The notes below the pieces were generated by a model. That model saw only the letters and a list, made by a program, of their open reading frames with translations. It was not told the origin of the DNA and made no database searches. Positions 18,301 through 28,768 of a DNA stretch of 64,000 bases are shown one piece after another; positions within the stretch are counted from its first letter, which is position 1; the number at the start of each line of letters is the position of its first letter. The stretch is taken from the sequence record DRR723986_9449, one strand, 5' to 3'. A program made the position numbers and the translations under genes.

Positions 18301-19758
18301 CTATTCGTTTTTGATACTCGCCAGTGCAGCAAGCGCTTCAGCGCGGGCTTTTTGGCGATCAATAATCGGCTTGGGATAGGTTTCGCCAAGACTAACACCC
18401 GCTAATTTCAAAATTCCTTCCGGTGCCTCGGCGGGACAATGAATATACTTGTCTGGCAAATCAGCCAATTCAGGGACAAAACGGCGCACATAATCGCCCG
18501 CTTTGTCGAACTTCTCACCCTGCGTCGTAGGGTTGAAAATACGGAAATACGGCGATGCATCAGCACCGCACCCGGCCACCCATTGCCAGCTGGCAATATT
18601 GTTGGCAAAGTCTGCGTCAACCAATGTGTCCCAAAACCATGCTTCGCCTTCGTGCCAATGCCACAAGAGGTCTTTAACCAAAAACGAGGCCACAATCATC
18701 CGCACCCGGTTATGCATCCAACCGGTTTGCCATAGCTGGCGCATACCTGCATCAACGATGGGAAAGCCCGTTTGGCCTTTTTTCCATGCTTGAACCAGGT
18801 CGCTATGCCCCTCTCGCCACGGAAATTTCGCAAACTGTTCGCGCATGGGCTGAGTTTGCATTTCAGGAAAATGAAACAACAAATGGGCTGAAAATTCTCG
18901 CCAGCCAAGTTCGCGCAGGAAATGGGCGCCGCCACTGCCGTGCATCTCATTTGCGGCGATATGTTGCTTGGTTTCGAACCACAATGTGCGCGGCGAAATT
19001 TCCCCAAAGGCCAAATGGGGTGATAGGCTGGATGTGGCGTCTGTGCCGGGGAAGTCCCGCGCTTGCTTGTAGGTTTGCACTGGCCCGTCCAAAAAGCCCG
19101 CTAAACGTTCTCGCGCCCCTTCTTCACCCGGCTGCCACTGCGCAGCGATCGGCTCAGCCCAGTAAGCAGGCTTTGGCTCCAGCCCCAAGGAGGTTATGGC
19201 CTCGCTTTTGGGCCAAGCGCTTGGGGCGGGAATAGTTGTCGGCGCAGGCTGCGGTTCAGTAGTGTCAATCAACTCAGACGCGGTGCGCCAAAAGGGCGTA
19301 AACACAGTATATTTTGTACCGGTTTTGGTGCGCACCATTTCCGGTTCTAGCAGCAAATGCCCGCCAAAACGCCGACACTCAATATTCACTGCCTCCAAGG
19401 TTTGGTGCAATGATCGCTCCGTCGCAGCGGCGGCAGGGGTGTAACCACGCGTAAGCATAACCCGCGCTGCATTGGTTTCATCTACAAGGCCTGCAATACA
19501 ATCTGTTGTGTTACCTGTTCGGATAATAAGGTCACTACCGCGCGCGCGCAGGTCATTCTGCAATGATGTTAGAGACTTCAGTAGCCACCATTTGGATGCC
19601 GCGCCCAAAGACCGAACTTTCGGTGAGGTCTCGTCAAAAACATAAACCGGCACAACCGGATCGCCAGCATCAATCGCGGCTAGTAATGCCGCATTGTCTG
19701 AAAGACGCAGCGCATGGGAAAATAAAACAAGTGTTGCGGAAACCATATTTTTAACCAT
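18301..19758 (-). CDS. phrB: Deoxyribodipyrimidine photolyase (CPD photolyase, class III-like)
   Basis: LRLSDNAAL, TSSLSPHLAFGEISPR, ELGWREF, GWMHNRVRMIVASFL, WQWVAGCGADASPYFRIFNP. The start may instead be 19746. Confidence 0.93.
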   Translation of the reverse strand: MVKNMVSATLVLFSHALRLSDNAALLAAIDAGDPVVPVYVFDETSPKVRSLGAASKWWLLKSLTSLQNDLRARGSDLIIRTGNTTDCIAGLVDETNAARVMLTRGYTPAAAATERSLHQTLEAVNIECRRFGGHLLLEPEMVRTKTGTKYTVFTPFWRTASELIDTTEPQPAPTTIPAPSAWPKSEAITSLGLEPKPAYWAEPIAAQWQPGEEGARERLAGFLDGPVQTYKQARDFPGTDATSSLSPHLAFGEISPRTLWFETKQHIAANEMHGSGGAHFLRELGWREFSAHLLFHFPEMQTQPMREQFAKFPWREGHSDLVQAWKKGQTGFPIVDAGMRQLWQTGWMHNRVRMIVASFLVKDLLWHWHEGEAWFWDTLVDADFANNIASWQWVAGCGADASPYFRIFNPTTQGEKFDKAGDYVRRFVPELADLPDKYIHCPAEAPEGILKLAGVSLGETYPKPIIDRQKARAEALAALASIKNE

Positions 19759-19781
19759 CCTCTTTCACGAGGATTAATACG

Positions 19782-21266
19782 CTATAATTCCAGTATCCGA
19801 TCAATATCTTTTGGCAATGGCTTTGGCTTTTCTACCAGTGATACCGCGATAAAGATAATCATCGAGCTTAACATCGCTAAAAACCCACCGGAAATGCCGT
19901 AGGGAATTTGGATTGACCATAGCTGAATAGCAAAATTAATCGCCAAACTCAGGGATATAGCGGCGACAGCGGCGCGGGCGCTGGCCTGTTTCCAATTCAG
20001 TCCAATAAGCACCACAGGCACCAGTGCTGCGGCAAAGGTACCCCAGCCAAACGCACCCAATAGCGCCACCAATTGGCCACTATATAGGGCAATGAACGCG
20101 GCAAGCACCGACAGAATAACCGTGGCCGACCGCGCCCAGAAAAGCTCGTTGTCAAGCGAGCGACCACGAATGGCCTTGGGGATGTCATGAATAACTGCAG
20201 CGGCACCAATGTTCAGGAACCCGTCAGCCGTTGACATAATGGCTGCAAATAGTCCGGCAAAAACAATACCTGCAAGAATGGGGTGCGCATAGGTGGACAA
20301 AAACACTGGTGCGGCCTGGTCAGCATTACCAAGCGGCAAGCCCACATCACCTAGCACAAGCGCCCTCATAACCACGCCAACCGAAATCCACAACATGGCG
20401 GCGATTACATAGCCAAACACCGTCATGGGCAGGATGATTTTATTGTCTGATAGGTTGCGGTTCATCATCATTTTGGTTGCCACATGCGGCTGACCGGCAA
20501 GGCCGAGACCAAACAAAAAGTACCACGAAAGCGACGCCATTGCGCCCAGCGTGCCAAAGGGCATGATGTCTTCGCCGTCATTGGCCAGCAAAATACCCGT
20601 AGCTTCTGCGAAGCCGCCTTCAAACACATGCGCGGCCGTTATGACCACTAGCGCACCGGCAATAATCATCACAATGCCCTGCACCAAATCCGTGTAAACC
20701 GACGCAACAATACCACCGGTGACGCAGTAAAAAATTAGCACTGTGGACGATATAACGACACTGGCAACCAGGCTAATGTCAGCGAACATGTCTGTACCCT
20801 GAAGTATCGACTGCAGCACCAAGCCCATCGCCAATATTTGGGTGGCAAGATATCCGAGCACACCGAGAAGTATGGTGCCAGCAGTCAATAAGCGCGCGGC
20901 TTCGCTGCCATAGCGGGCAAACACAATGTCAGGTAATGACATGGCGTTGCGCACTTCCGCGATCATACGGATACGCTTTGCGATCAGGTAATAACCGGTT
21001 GCAAACCCGAGAGCGGAACATACCGCCATCCAGATAGAACTAAGGCCTGTGGCATAAACAAGACCGGGCCCGCCAACAAAGCCAAACCCCGAAAGAGTCG
21101 ATGAAAAAACCGCAAGGCTGACAACCATTGGCCCGAGACCGCGCCCGGCAACGAAAAAGTCACCGGCTGACTTGGTGCGCCGCATGGCCCAGATGCCAAC
21201 CCAGATGCAAATACCCATATAAAGCGCAACAAAACCCAGAATGATTGGTTGGCGAAACTCTTCCAT
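19782..21266 (-). CDS. Sodium:solute symporter (PutP/PanF-like)
   Basis: About 13 TM helices; FFVAGRGLG, SGFGFVGGPG, YTDLVQG, AAIMSTADG. Confidence 0.92.
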   Translation of the reverse strand: MEEFRQPIILGFVALYMGICIWVGIWAMRRTKSAGDFFVAGRGLGPMVVSLAVFSSTLSGFGFVGGPGLVYATGLSSIWMAVCSALGFATGYYLIAKRIRMIAEVRNAMSLPDIVFARYGSEAARLLTAGTILLGVLGYLATQILAMGLVLQSILQGTDMFADISLVASVVISSTVLIFYCVTGGIVASVYTDLVQGIVMIIAGALVVITAAHVFEGGFAEATGILLANDGEDIMPFGTLGAMASLSWYFLFGLGLAGQPHVATKMMMNRNLSDNKIILPMTVFGYVIAAMLWISVGVVMRALVLGDVGLPLGNADQAAPVFLSTYAHPILAGIVFAGLFAAIMSTADGFLNIGAAAVIHDIPKAIRGRSLDNELFWARSATVILSVLAAFIALYSGQLVALLGAFGWGTFAAALVPVVLIGLNWKQASARAAVAAISLSLAINFAIQLWSIQIPYGISGGFLAMLSSMIIFIAVSLVEKPKPLPKDIDRILEL

Positions 21267-21808
21267 CAGCTCGCCTCCCGGTTTCCTGCTTGGTCGGCTT
21301 CCATTTCGCGAGCCAACTCGTGGAAAGCGGCTTCATCATCCGGGTGGAGAAAATAGCGCCGGAAGGCGATCGCATAGAAAACATCAAAGGCGGCAAAACT
21401 GCCCCACACACCCCAAAACATCCAGTTTGTTGGCACTGGAAAGCCGAAAACCACTTGGGTTTGACCGGTCGCAAGATACGCCTCGTACCCTGTGAAAAGC
21501 ATAACCCAAACGAACAGGGCAAAGCCAATGCCTAAAGCGAAACAAACCCGCAATAAGCTATCCCGCCTATGGGTCGGTATGCCCATGTACAGAAGCGTGC
21601 CTGCCAATAAAATAACAGCAATTTGAAAATAATAAGGCGCACTGCCGATGGTACTTAAGCGTTCATTGCCGTCACCGCCCACAGACAGGCCTGCAATTTC
21701 AGGGTGCGGCGAACCGCTGGCGCCTGGCGGCACTTCGCTGGTCAAAACAAAGGCAGTAATGCCCGCGATCACAAGCAACAGTGCCAAGACAAGATGAATT
21801 GGTTTCAC
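21266..21808 (-). CDS. Hypothetical membrane protein coupled to the SSS transporter
   Basis: About 4 TM helices; GTG start after GGAG; TGATG stop/start overlap with the symporter. Confidence 0.7.
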   Translation of the reverse strand: MKPIHLVLALLLVIAGITAFVLTSEVPPGASGSPHPEIAGLSVGGDGNERLSTIGSAPYYFQIAVILLAGTLLYMGIPTHRRDSLLRVCFALGIGFALFVWVMLFTGYEAYLATGQTQVVFGFPVPTNWMFWGVWGSFAAFDVFYAIAFRRYFLHPDDEAAFHELAREMEADQAGNREAS

Positions 21809-21915
21809 AGGCGGTCTCCCCTCCGCAGATATCTGCGAACCTGCGCCCGCCTCCGGTGGTCAACCTAGTGCGTACACCGCACATTGGTCAAGCCGTATTC
21901 AACGTTTGTTGAATT

Positions 21916-22539
21916 TTATAATTGTAGCGCAGCTGATGCCCGGGCCTGAACGACAGCCAAATCAATCTCACCGGTGTCGCCGCGCGGGGTCAGCCACGAA
22001 CCACCAACAGATGGCACGTTGGTTAAGGCCAAATACTCAGGTGCTGTTTCAGCTGAAATGCCACCAGTGGGGCAAAATTGCATGTCGGGCAAAACACTAC
22101 CCGCGGCTTTCAAAAAACTGGGTCCGCCTGAGATGGACGCCGGGAAGAATTTGAGGGCAGTAAAATTCATATCCTGCGCTGCCATGGCCTCAGATAAAGT
22201 GGCAACACCTGGTAAAAATGCCCACCCCATAGCACGCACCGCGCCGCCCAATTCCTCCGTAAGGCCCGGGCTTACACCGAAGACTGCGCCTGCATTGCGC
22301 GCAACTTTTGCCAAATCAGGAGACAATACCGTTCCCGCCCCAATGATGGCATCATCTGGCAAATCTGCTTTCACTGCTTTGATGGCATCCAGCGCCGTGT
22401 CATGACGCAATGTAATTTCAAAAACCCTTATACCAACTTCATAAAGAGCGCGGCATACGCTCAGCGCTTCATCAACACTTTTAAAAGCCAACACCGGTAT
22501 AACCCGTGACCTGGATAATACGTCTTCAACGCTTGTCAT
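21916..22539 (-). CDS. eda: KDPG/KHG aldolase
   Basis: EITLR, GAGTV, VSPG, LPGVAT.SE, KFFPA, FCPTGGI, VGGSW. Confidence 0.95.
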   Translation of the reverse strand: MTSVEDVLSRSRVIPVLAFKSVDEALSVCRALYEVGIRVFEITLRHDTALDAIKAVKADLPDDAIIGAGTVLSPDLAKVARNAGAVFGVSPGLTEELGGAVRAMGWAFLPGVATLSEAMAAQDMNFTALKFFPASISGGPSFLKAAGSVLPDMQFCPTGGISAETAPEYLALTNVPSVGGSWLTPRGDTGEIDLAVVQARASAALQL

Positions 22540-22557
22540 AGTAATTGCCTTACTTTC

Positions 22558-24357
22558 TTAAAAAACCGAGCCGCCCATGTCGGCTGTGGCAACAGTGTTC
22601 CGCATGGTTGCGAACAAGTCCCGGCCGTTGGTCTGAAGATGTGTTGGCCCAGCAGACGGTTCGCGTGCAGCCAGCTCCTCAGGGTCCACCAATATTTCAA
22701 GAATACTGTTTTCAGGGTCTAGCCTTATGATGTCACCGTTTTGAATTTTTGCAATCATACCACCTGATGCTGCCTCGGGCGACACATGAATGGCAGACGG
22801 CACCTTACCCGACGCACCCGACATGCGGCCATCTGTTACCAAGGCAACTTTGAATCCCTTGTCCTGCAAGACGCCGAGACTCGGCGTTAGCTTATGAAGC
22901 TCTGGCATGCCGTTGGCTTTTGGCCCCTGGAAGCGAATAACCCCAACGAAATCACGTTCCAGCTCACCGGCCTTATAAGCTGCAAGCATGTCGTCCTGAT
23001 CTTCAAACACCAGCGCAGGCGCTTCCACCATGCGGTTTTCCGGTTTAACCGCAGAGGTTTTCATCACCGCCTGTCCAAGCTGGCCTTTCATGACTGCCAA
23101 GCCACCGGTTGGCTGAAAGGGGTCAGTTACGTTGCGAAGTATGAGCTTATCGTCAGGTTCTTTCGCTGACGCCTTCCAGACCAGTTCGCTGTCTTGCAAC
23201 GTAGGCATGGCAGCAAACGGCTGCAACCCCTTGCCAACAACCGTTTGAATGTCGGCGTGCAACAAGCCAGCTAACAATAGTTCAGAAATGACAAACGGTG
23301 TGCCGCCAGCGTCATGGAATGCGTTCACATCGGCAAGGCCGTTCGGGTATACCCGTGCGAGCAGCGGAATAATTTCAGACAGATCGGCAAAGTCTTGCCA
23401 GTTCACCTGAATGCCTGCCCGTGCTGCAATGGCAACTATATGAATTGTATGATTGGTTGAACCACCCGTTGCCAATAAGCCAATAATGCCGTTCACAATC
23501 GACTCTGCCGTGACCATATCGGCAATGCCGATCTTATTATCTGCATCACTTAAATTAACAATTGCCTCAGCAGCGGCATAATCAAGCGATGCCCGAAGCG
23601 GGTCTTCAGGGTTGACAAAACTGCTACCGGGCAATTGCAGGCCCATCATTTCAAGCATCATCTGATTAGAATTTGCCGTCCCGTAAAAAGTGCAGGTGCC
23701 AGGGCTGTGATAGGCTTTTGTTTCATTAACCAAAAGCTCTTTACGTCCGATCTCACCGGTGACATATTTTTGTCGAACCTTAACCTTTTCTGTGTTGGAA
23801 ATGCCTGTGGGCATAGGACCTGCTGGCACAAAGATAAACGGCAGATGGCCAAACGACAGGGCCCCCATCAACAAGCCCGGCACAATTTTATCGCATATGC
23901 CAAACAGCATACCGCCGTCGAACACGTTGTGGGTCATGGCAATAGCCGTGGACATAGCAATAACATCGCGGCTGAACAACGACAGCTCCATCCCGCTTTG
24001 ACCTTGGGTAACCCCGTCACACATGGCGGGAACACCACCTGCCATCTGCGACACTGCGCCCGCATCGCTAAGAGCGCGTTTCATCTGGTCAAGCTTGGCG
24101 TGGTAAGGTTGGTGCGCGGAGAGCATGTCATTATAGGAACTTACGATACCAATATTGGCCATGCCTTCTGCAATCATCTCGGCTTTTTCGGCTTCCGAAC
24201 ATGCCGCGATGGCGTGAGCAATGTTACCGCAAGAAAGCCGCGGCCTTGCCCTGCCTTCACCACGCATGGCGTTGGTGCGGTCTTCATAGTCTTTCCGGGT
24301 TTCAAGCGAGCGCTTTTTAATCCGGTCAGTAATTTCCAGTAGTCTAGAATCGGTCAT
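22558..24357 (-). CDS. edd: Phosphogluconate dehydratase
   Basis: [62 protein letters not shown]. Confidence 0.96.
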   Translation of the reverse strand: MTDSRLLEITDRIKKRSLETRKDYEDRTNAMRGEGRARPRLSCGNIAHAIAACSEAEKAEMIAEGMANIGIVSSYNDMLSAHQPYHAKLDQMKRALSDAGAVSQMAGGVPAMCDGVTQGQSGMELSLFSRDVIAMSTAIAMTHNVFDGGMLFGICDKIVPGLLMGALSFGHLPFIFVPAGPMPTGISNTEKVKVRQKYVTGEIGRKELLVNETKAYHSPGTCTFYGTANSNQMMLEMMGLQLPGSSFVNPEDPLRASLDYAAAEAIVNLSDADNKIGIADMVTAESIVNGIIGLLATGGSTNHTIHIVAIAARAGIQVNWQDFADLSEIIPLLARVYPNGLADVNAFHDAGGTPFVISELLLAGLLHADIQTVVGKGLQPFAAMPTLQDSELVWKASAKEPDDKLILRNVTDPFQPTGGLAVMKGQLGQAVMKTSAVKPENRMVEAPALVFEDQDDMLAAYKAGELERDFVGVIRFQGPKANGMPELHKLTPSLGVLQDKGFKVALVTDGRMSGASGKVPSAIHVSPEAASGGMIAKIQNGDIIRLDPENSILEILVDPEELAAREPSAGPTHLQTNGRDLFATMRNTVATADMGGSVF

Positions 24358-24378
24358 TTATTTTTCCAAAAAACGCCG

Positions 24379-25074
24379 TTATGGCGCCCAATACACATCA
24401 AAAGGTTTTAAGTTATGAAGCCGTGCAATGGGCACATCAGCACCCGCACATAATGCCCCTTCCAGCACTTGCTTTTTTTTCGCGCCCCTTATCATAAGCA
24501 CAACATGAGGTGCCGCCGCAATCGACTTTGCTGACAAGCTCATGCGCACAGTTTCATCGCCGGTTATGTCACTATGTTTGGCTGTGAGTGCGACACAAGT
24601 TTCCGCCTGAAGATCAAAGGCTGCCTCCAGCCCCTGCGCGCCTGGAAACAACGATGCCGTATGGCCGTCTGCGCCGAGGCCAAGCAATATACTGTCAGAT
24701 GGCTGATGAATACGGGCGTATCTGTCATTCACAGTATCAACTGCCTGTTGCGGGGTTGCATGTTCGGTTTTCATGCCGGTCAGTTTGGCGGCGCTGGCAT
24801 TACCACCAATAAGATTAGCGGCAACAAACGCCTCATTTGAGCGAGGATGACCAAAAGGCACCCATCTTTCATCAACCAAGGCAATATCAATATCGCCCCA
24901 TGCCAGCGGCTGATTTTGCATTGCCTTAAATAAAGGTGCTGGTGTTGACCCACCTGACACGGCCCAACTGGCCCGCCTGCCTTTGCTCAAAGCTTTTGAG
25001 AGCCGCTGAGTGGTGGCTAATGCAAGGCTTGCAACCATATCATCGGAGGTTTCGAATATATGCCAGTTAGCCAT
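24379..25074 (-). CDS. pgl: 6-phosphogluconolactonase
   Basis: SGGSTP, VDERWV, RSN, GLGADGHTASLFP. Likely start MANW at 25074, overlapping the zwf stop. Confidence 0.93.
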   Translation of the reverse strand: MANWHIFETSDDMVASLALATTQRLSKALSKGRRASWAVSGGSTPAPLFKAMQNQPLAWGDIDIALVDERWVPFGHPRSNEAFVAANLIGGNASAAKLTGMKTEHATPQQAVDTVNDRYARIHQPSDSILLGLGADGHTASLFPGAQGLEAAFDLQAETCVALTAKHSDITGDETVRMSLSAKSIAAAPHVVLMIRGAKKKQVLEGALCAGADVPIARLHNLKPFDVYWAP

Positions 25075-26545
25075 CGCGGGATTGGCCTTTAGGTTCATAG
25101 AACCAGCTGCGCCCGTCCCGCACCATCAAATCATGCACTTCGTATGGCCCCCAAGTACCAGCCTGATATGTCTTAAGCGACGTGGGAGATTGCTGCCAAT
25201 GCGCAATGATACTATCAACCCAGCGCCACGCATGTTCCACTTCATCGCGGTGCACGAACAGGCTTTGGTCGCCGCGGGCTGCATCCAGAATAAGCCGCAA
25301 ATAGGGGCCAAGCCGCGCCCCGTCGTCTGCAACCACATCCAAATTCATTTCCACTTCCTTGAGCGCTTCAGTGGCTGAGCCATGATTTTTCACCATCATC
25401 CGCAAGGCAAGGTGGTCTTCTGGCTGCATGCGAATAATAAAGCGGTTAGGATTAATTTGCTTGCCCCATCCCTCATGCGGCGAGTGAGGGATGGGCTTAA
25501 ACTGAATAACAATTTCGGCAAAACGGTCAGGCAAGCGTTTACCAGTACGCAAATAAAACGGCACATTGGCCCAACGCCAATTTTGAATATATGCCTTGAG
25601 CGCGACAAACGTTTCTGTCGTGCTTTCTTGGCCCAATTTCAAATCCTCACGGTAGGAGCCCACGGCTTGGCCTGCCATAGCGCCCGCGCTGTATTGTGCG
25701 CGCACAATATTTTCATCGATCTCGGCACCACTGTAGTATTTGAGAGATTTGAGAACTTTCAGTTTTTCCTCGCGGATACTGTCACCGTCCAGCCGAGCAG
25801 GCGGCTCCATCGCTACCAAACACAAAAGCTGTAGCAAATGGTTTTGCACCATGTCGCGCATGGCCCCTGTACCCTCATAGAAGCCGCCCCGGCCCTCAAC
25901 ACCCAGGTCTTCAGCGATGGTTATTTGAATATGGTCAATGGTATTGGCGCTCCATAACTCTTCAAACATGATGTTGGAAAAGCGCAGCGCCAGAAGGTTT
26001 TGCACAGCTTCTTTGCCCAAATAATGGTCAATGCGGAAGGTTTGACTTTCTTTGAAACACTGGCCAACATCAGCGTTGATTGCTTGGGCAGAGGCCAAAT
26101 CATGCCCGAGTGGTTTTTCAAGAACAATACGAGCACGGTCCGTATTTAAACCATACTCACCCAGCAATTGGCAGGTACTGGTAAATACGGCTGGCGGGAC
26201 CGCTAAAAAATGAACCAGAGGGCGAGCGTCATCACGCTTGAGGATATCTGCCAACCCCGCCCAGTCTTTACCGCTTTCCTTAAGGCCTAGCTCAACGATA
26301 GTTATCATACCGGAAAATGCTACAAGGGCTTCTTCCTCAACGCCGCATGCAGGAACATTGGCCGCAAATAAGTCTTTCAACCAAGCGAGTTGAGGTTCGC
26401 CGAGCGCGGATCTTGACGTCAGGATAATGCGGCTATCACTATGAACGCGCCCGGCCACGACGCCAGCATATAATGCAGGCAGCAATTTGCGGCGCGACAA
26501 ATCACCTGTGCCGCCAAAAATAACCAGATCAAAAGCTTCCTGCAT
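25067..26545 (-). CDS. zwf: Glucose-6-phosphate 1-dehydrogenase
   Basis: FGGTGDL, EKPLG, RIDHYLGKE, RDMVQNHLLQ, PFYLRTGKRL. Confidence 0.96.
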   Translation of the reverse strand: MQEAFDLVIFGGTGDLSRRKLLPALYAGVVAGRVHSDSRIILTSRSALGEPQLAWLKDLFAANVPACGVEEEALVAFSGMITIVELGLKESGKDWAGLADILKRDDARPLVHFLAVPPAVFTSTCQLLGEYGLNTDRARIVLEKPLGHDLASAQAINADVGQCFKESQTFRIDHYLGKEAVQNLLALRFSNIMFEELWSANTIDHIQITIAEDLGVEGRGGFYEGTGAMRDMVQNHLLQLLCLVAMEPPARLDGDSIREEKLKVLKSLKYYSGAEIDENIVRAQYSAGAMAGQAVGSYREDLKLGQESTTETFVALKAYIQNWRWANVPFYLRTGKRLPDRFAEIVIQFKPIPHSPHEGWGKQINPNRFIIRMQPEDHLALRMMVKNHGSATEALKEVEMNLDVVADDGARLGPYLRLILDAARGDQSLFVHRDEVEHAWRWVDSIIAHWQQSPTSLKTYQAGTWGPYEVHDLMVRDGRSWFYEPKGQSRDG

Positions 26546-26617
26546 TATTTATCTTTCCATTTGGGCAGTACCATCATTGCCTGAAGCATAGCCGCATAGC
26601 CTAATTTTTTAACCATA

Positions 26618-27682
26618 TTAAGCACCTTCATGTCCTTGTGTCGACGCACGCAGAATAAGCTGATGAGGTAAAGTTTCGCTGCTGAACATAGGAGAGGAAG
26701 CCCTCTGTGCCTCTAACTTGTTATCCTTCACGGTTTTGGGCGTTTTAACCAACTCAGCCATCAATCTTTCGGTTGCCCGTCTGCCTATTTGTTCAAGGGG
26801 CTGTCGCACAGTCGACAGGCCCGGCCAAAATTGTCGCGACAAGGGCGTGTCATCAAATCCTGCAACTGCGAGGTTTTCTGGTATAGATAAACCTTGTTGA
26901 TGAGCCGCGAAAATAACACCAGAGGCCATATCGTCATTGCTGGCAAAAATAGCAGACGGTGGGCGCGGCGCTGCCAGCAATTTTTTCGCTGCCATCACGC
27001 CTGTTTCAAAATGAAAATCACCGTCCGCAAGCAAAGCCTTTTCAACCTTAAGGCCCGCGGCCTTAATGCCCGTGCAATATCCTTCAAACCTTGCATGAGA
27101 ACAGGCATGGTCAGCAGGTCCCTTGATAAAACCAATATGTTTGTGGCCTGCGTTAATGAGGTGTTCTGTCATTTGCCGTGCCGCCTCGGCCTCATTGATA
27201 TGAACCGCAGGGCCGCGACCAAACCCGATGGATGAGACAGAAACAAACTTAATACCGCGTTCGACCAAAGCATCAACCAATTCCCGGTTATCGGATAAGG
27301 GCGGCGACAAAATTAACCCGTCTGGCTGGGTGGCCCTGATCCAATCAAATATCTCTTTCTGTAAGTCGCCGGAAGCAATGCCTGCAGGGCACAGGGCAAG
27401 GCCATAATGATATTCCCGGCACGCCAGAAGAATGCCGCGCTGGATTTCAACCAGAAAACTGTCGCTCGCATTACCATAAAGCAACCCCACTAAAAAGGAC
27501 CGCCCGCCAGCAAGGCCTCGCGCCGCAAGACTGGGGCGGTAATTCAGTTGAGCAATCGCCTGATTAACAGTATCGCGGGTTTTTTCCCGCACATTGGGCT
27601 CGCGGTTTACAACACGAGATACGGTTTTTATCGACACGCCTGCCAACGTAGCCACATCACTAATTGTAGCCCCAGATGTCAT
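26618..27682 (-). CDS. LacI-family transcriptional regulator
   Basis: TISDVATLAGVSIKTVSRVVN helix-turn-helix, hinge YRPSLAARGL, effector domain ASNDDMA and GFDD, STVRQP. Confidence 0.95.
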   Translation of the reverse strand: MTSGATISDVATLAGVSIKTVSRVVNREPNVREKTRDTVNQAIAQLNYRPSLAARGLAGGRSFLVGLLYGNASDSFLVEIQRGILLACREYHYGLALCPAGIASGDLQKEIFDWIRATQPDGLILSPPLSDNRELVDALVERGIKFVSVSSIGFGRGPAVHINEAEAARQMTEHLINAGHKHIGFIKGPADHACSHARFEGYCTGIKAAGLKVEKALLADGDFHFETGVMAAKKLLAAPRPPSAIFASNDDMASGVIFAAHQQGLSIPENLAVAGFDDTPLSRQFWPGLSTVRQPLEQIGRRATERLMAELVKTPKTVKDNKLEAQRASSPMFSSETLPHQLILRASTQGHEGA

Positions 27683-27801
27683 GAGTATTTCCCGTTTCCA
27701 TAGAGGATACATGATGCCAGTTCATCAGACCCCAGCTTTTATCCGATGCGAGAGTACCAAACCATAAGGCGCTTAATTCAAGCATTAATAATACAAACCT
27801 A

Positions 27802-27817
27802 TTGACAGCGCTGTCAA
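27802..27817. promoter_or_regulatory. LacI-family operator palindrome
   Basis: Perfect 16-bp palindrome TTGACAGCGCTGTCAA with central CG, 120 bp upstream of the lacI-zwf-pgl-edd-eda run. Confidence 0.82.
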
Positions 27818-27890
27818 CACGAGGTCCGAATTTGGCCAGTAAATCTTAAAGTATACTTAGTAGGAGCCCTGGCCTCTTATATCTCAGCCT

Positions 27891-28514
27891 CTAGGTGCTC
27901 TTTTCATCATTAAACATCAAACTGATCCGCTGATCATCAAGCTTAGAGACACTTTCAATGGCGGTTTTATATGGTTCTTTCGCGGCCTCAAGCTCTGAGT
28001 TTTTGACGATGAGGCGTTTCTTCTCGCCGTGTACACGCCAGCTTTCTTCCGTTTTAAAAATATATAAGATTTCGCCAACAGTCGTGACAACATAATAGGG
28101 CGCCTGAGATGTAAGCGGCAAATTCCGCGAGTACCGCGGAAAGTAAAAATGCAGACTTTCCGTGCTGACAGGGCCTTTAATACCGCCAATGATACAGTCA
28201 ATGAAAGTGGTGTCTGTTACTTCCGAGCCGAGTAATTCTGCACAGGTGAGGTTGCAGGAAATAAATTCACTGCCTTCGATGTCACAGGCCCGAAAACGAG
28301 CGCCGGAAAAATCACATTTGAAGAAAATTGCGCTAGATACCATCAACAAATGAAATTGCGCTTCACTGAAATCACAATTCACGAAAATTGTATCTGACCA
28401 ATTAAGGACACTACGAATTTTCAAAGCGCTGATATTTTCCTGCGCAAATTGCTCCCCCATAACCAGTTTATGGGATGGAAATGTATTGGTTAGTGTTTTC
28501 AGGTCCATTATCAA
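27891..28514 (-). CDS. Pentapeptide-repeat protein
   Basis: Repeats such as TIFVN-CDFSE-AQF, AIFFK-CDFSG-ARFRA-CDIEG-SEFIS-CNLTC, followed by an unrecognised C-terminal domain. Confidence 0.75.
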   Translation of the reverse strand: MIMDLKTLTNTFPSHKLVMGEQFAQENISALKIRSVLNWSDTIFVNCDFSEAQFHLLMVSSAIFFKCDFSGARFRACDIEGSEFISCNLTCAELLGSEVTDTTFIDCIIGGIKGPVSTESLHFYFPRYSRNLPLTSQAPYYVVTTVGEILYIFKTEESWRVHGEKKRLIVKNSELEAAKEPYKTAIESVSKLDDQRISLMFNDEKST

Positions 28515-28680
28515 TCCCGTTATGAGGCAGCGTTAATATAATTACTCGCTATTGCAAGCTCTGCACAGTATGGGAAAGCAATTGTCATCTCGTAAAGGTT
28601 TGATTCAAATTTTAACTAATTTTCTTGCGCCAATATAATTCGAATTATTAAATTTGAATGTCTTTACCCATAGCAGAAAC

Positions 28681-28709
28681 AAAAACTGCTGCTTGTTGCC
28701 AAGCAGCAG
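28681..28709 (-). terminator. Intrinsic terminator of the terB-like gene
   Basis: Perfect 10-bp stem CTGCTGCTTG/CAAGCAGCAG with a GCAA tetraloop on the minus strand, followed by TTTTT. Confidence 0.75.
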
Positions 28710-28768
28710 ATGTAAATAGGTTTGCCAAACAATATGACTTTTTAAAGACGCCCACTTCAGGCTTGCCG

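Noticed and set aside
27891-28514. Pentapeptide protein as a Qnr quinolone-resistance gene
   Set aside because: The repeats cover under half the protein and no Qnr-specific features were recognised.
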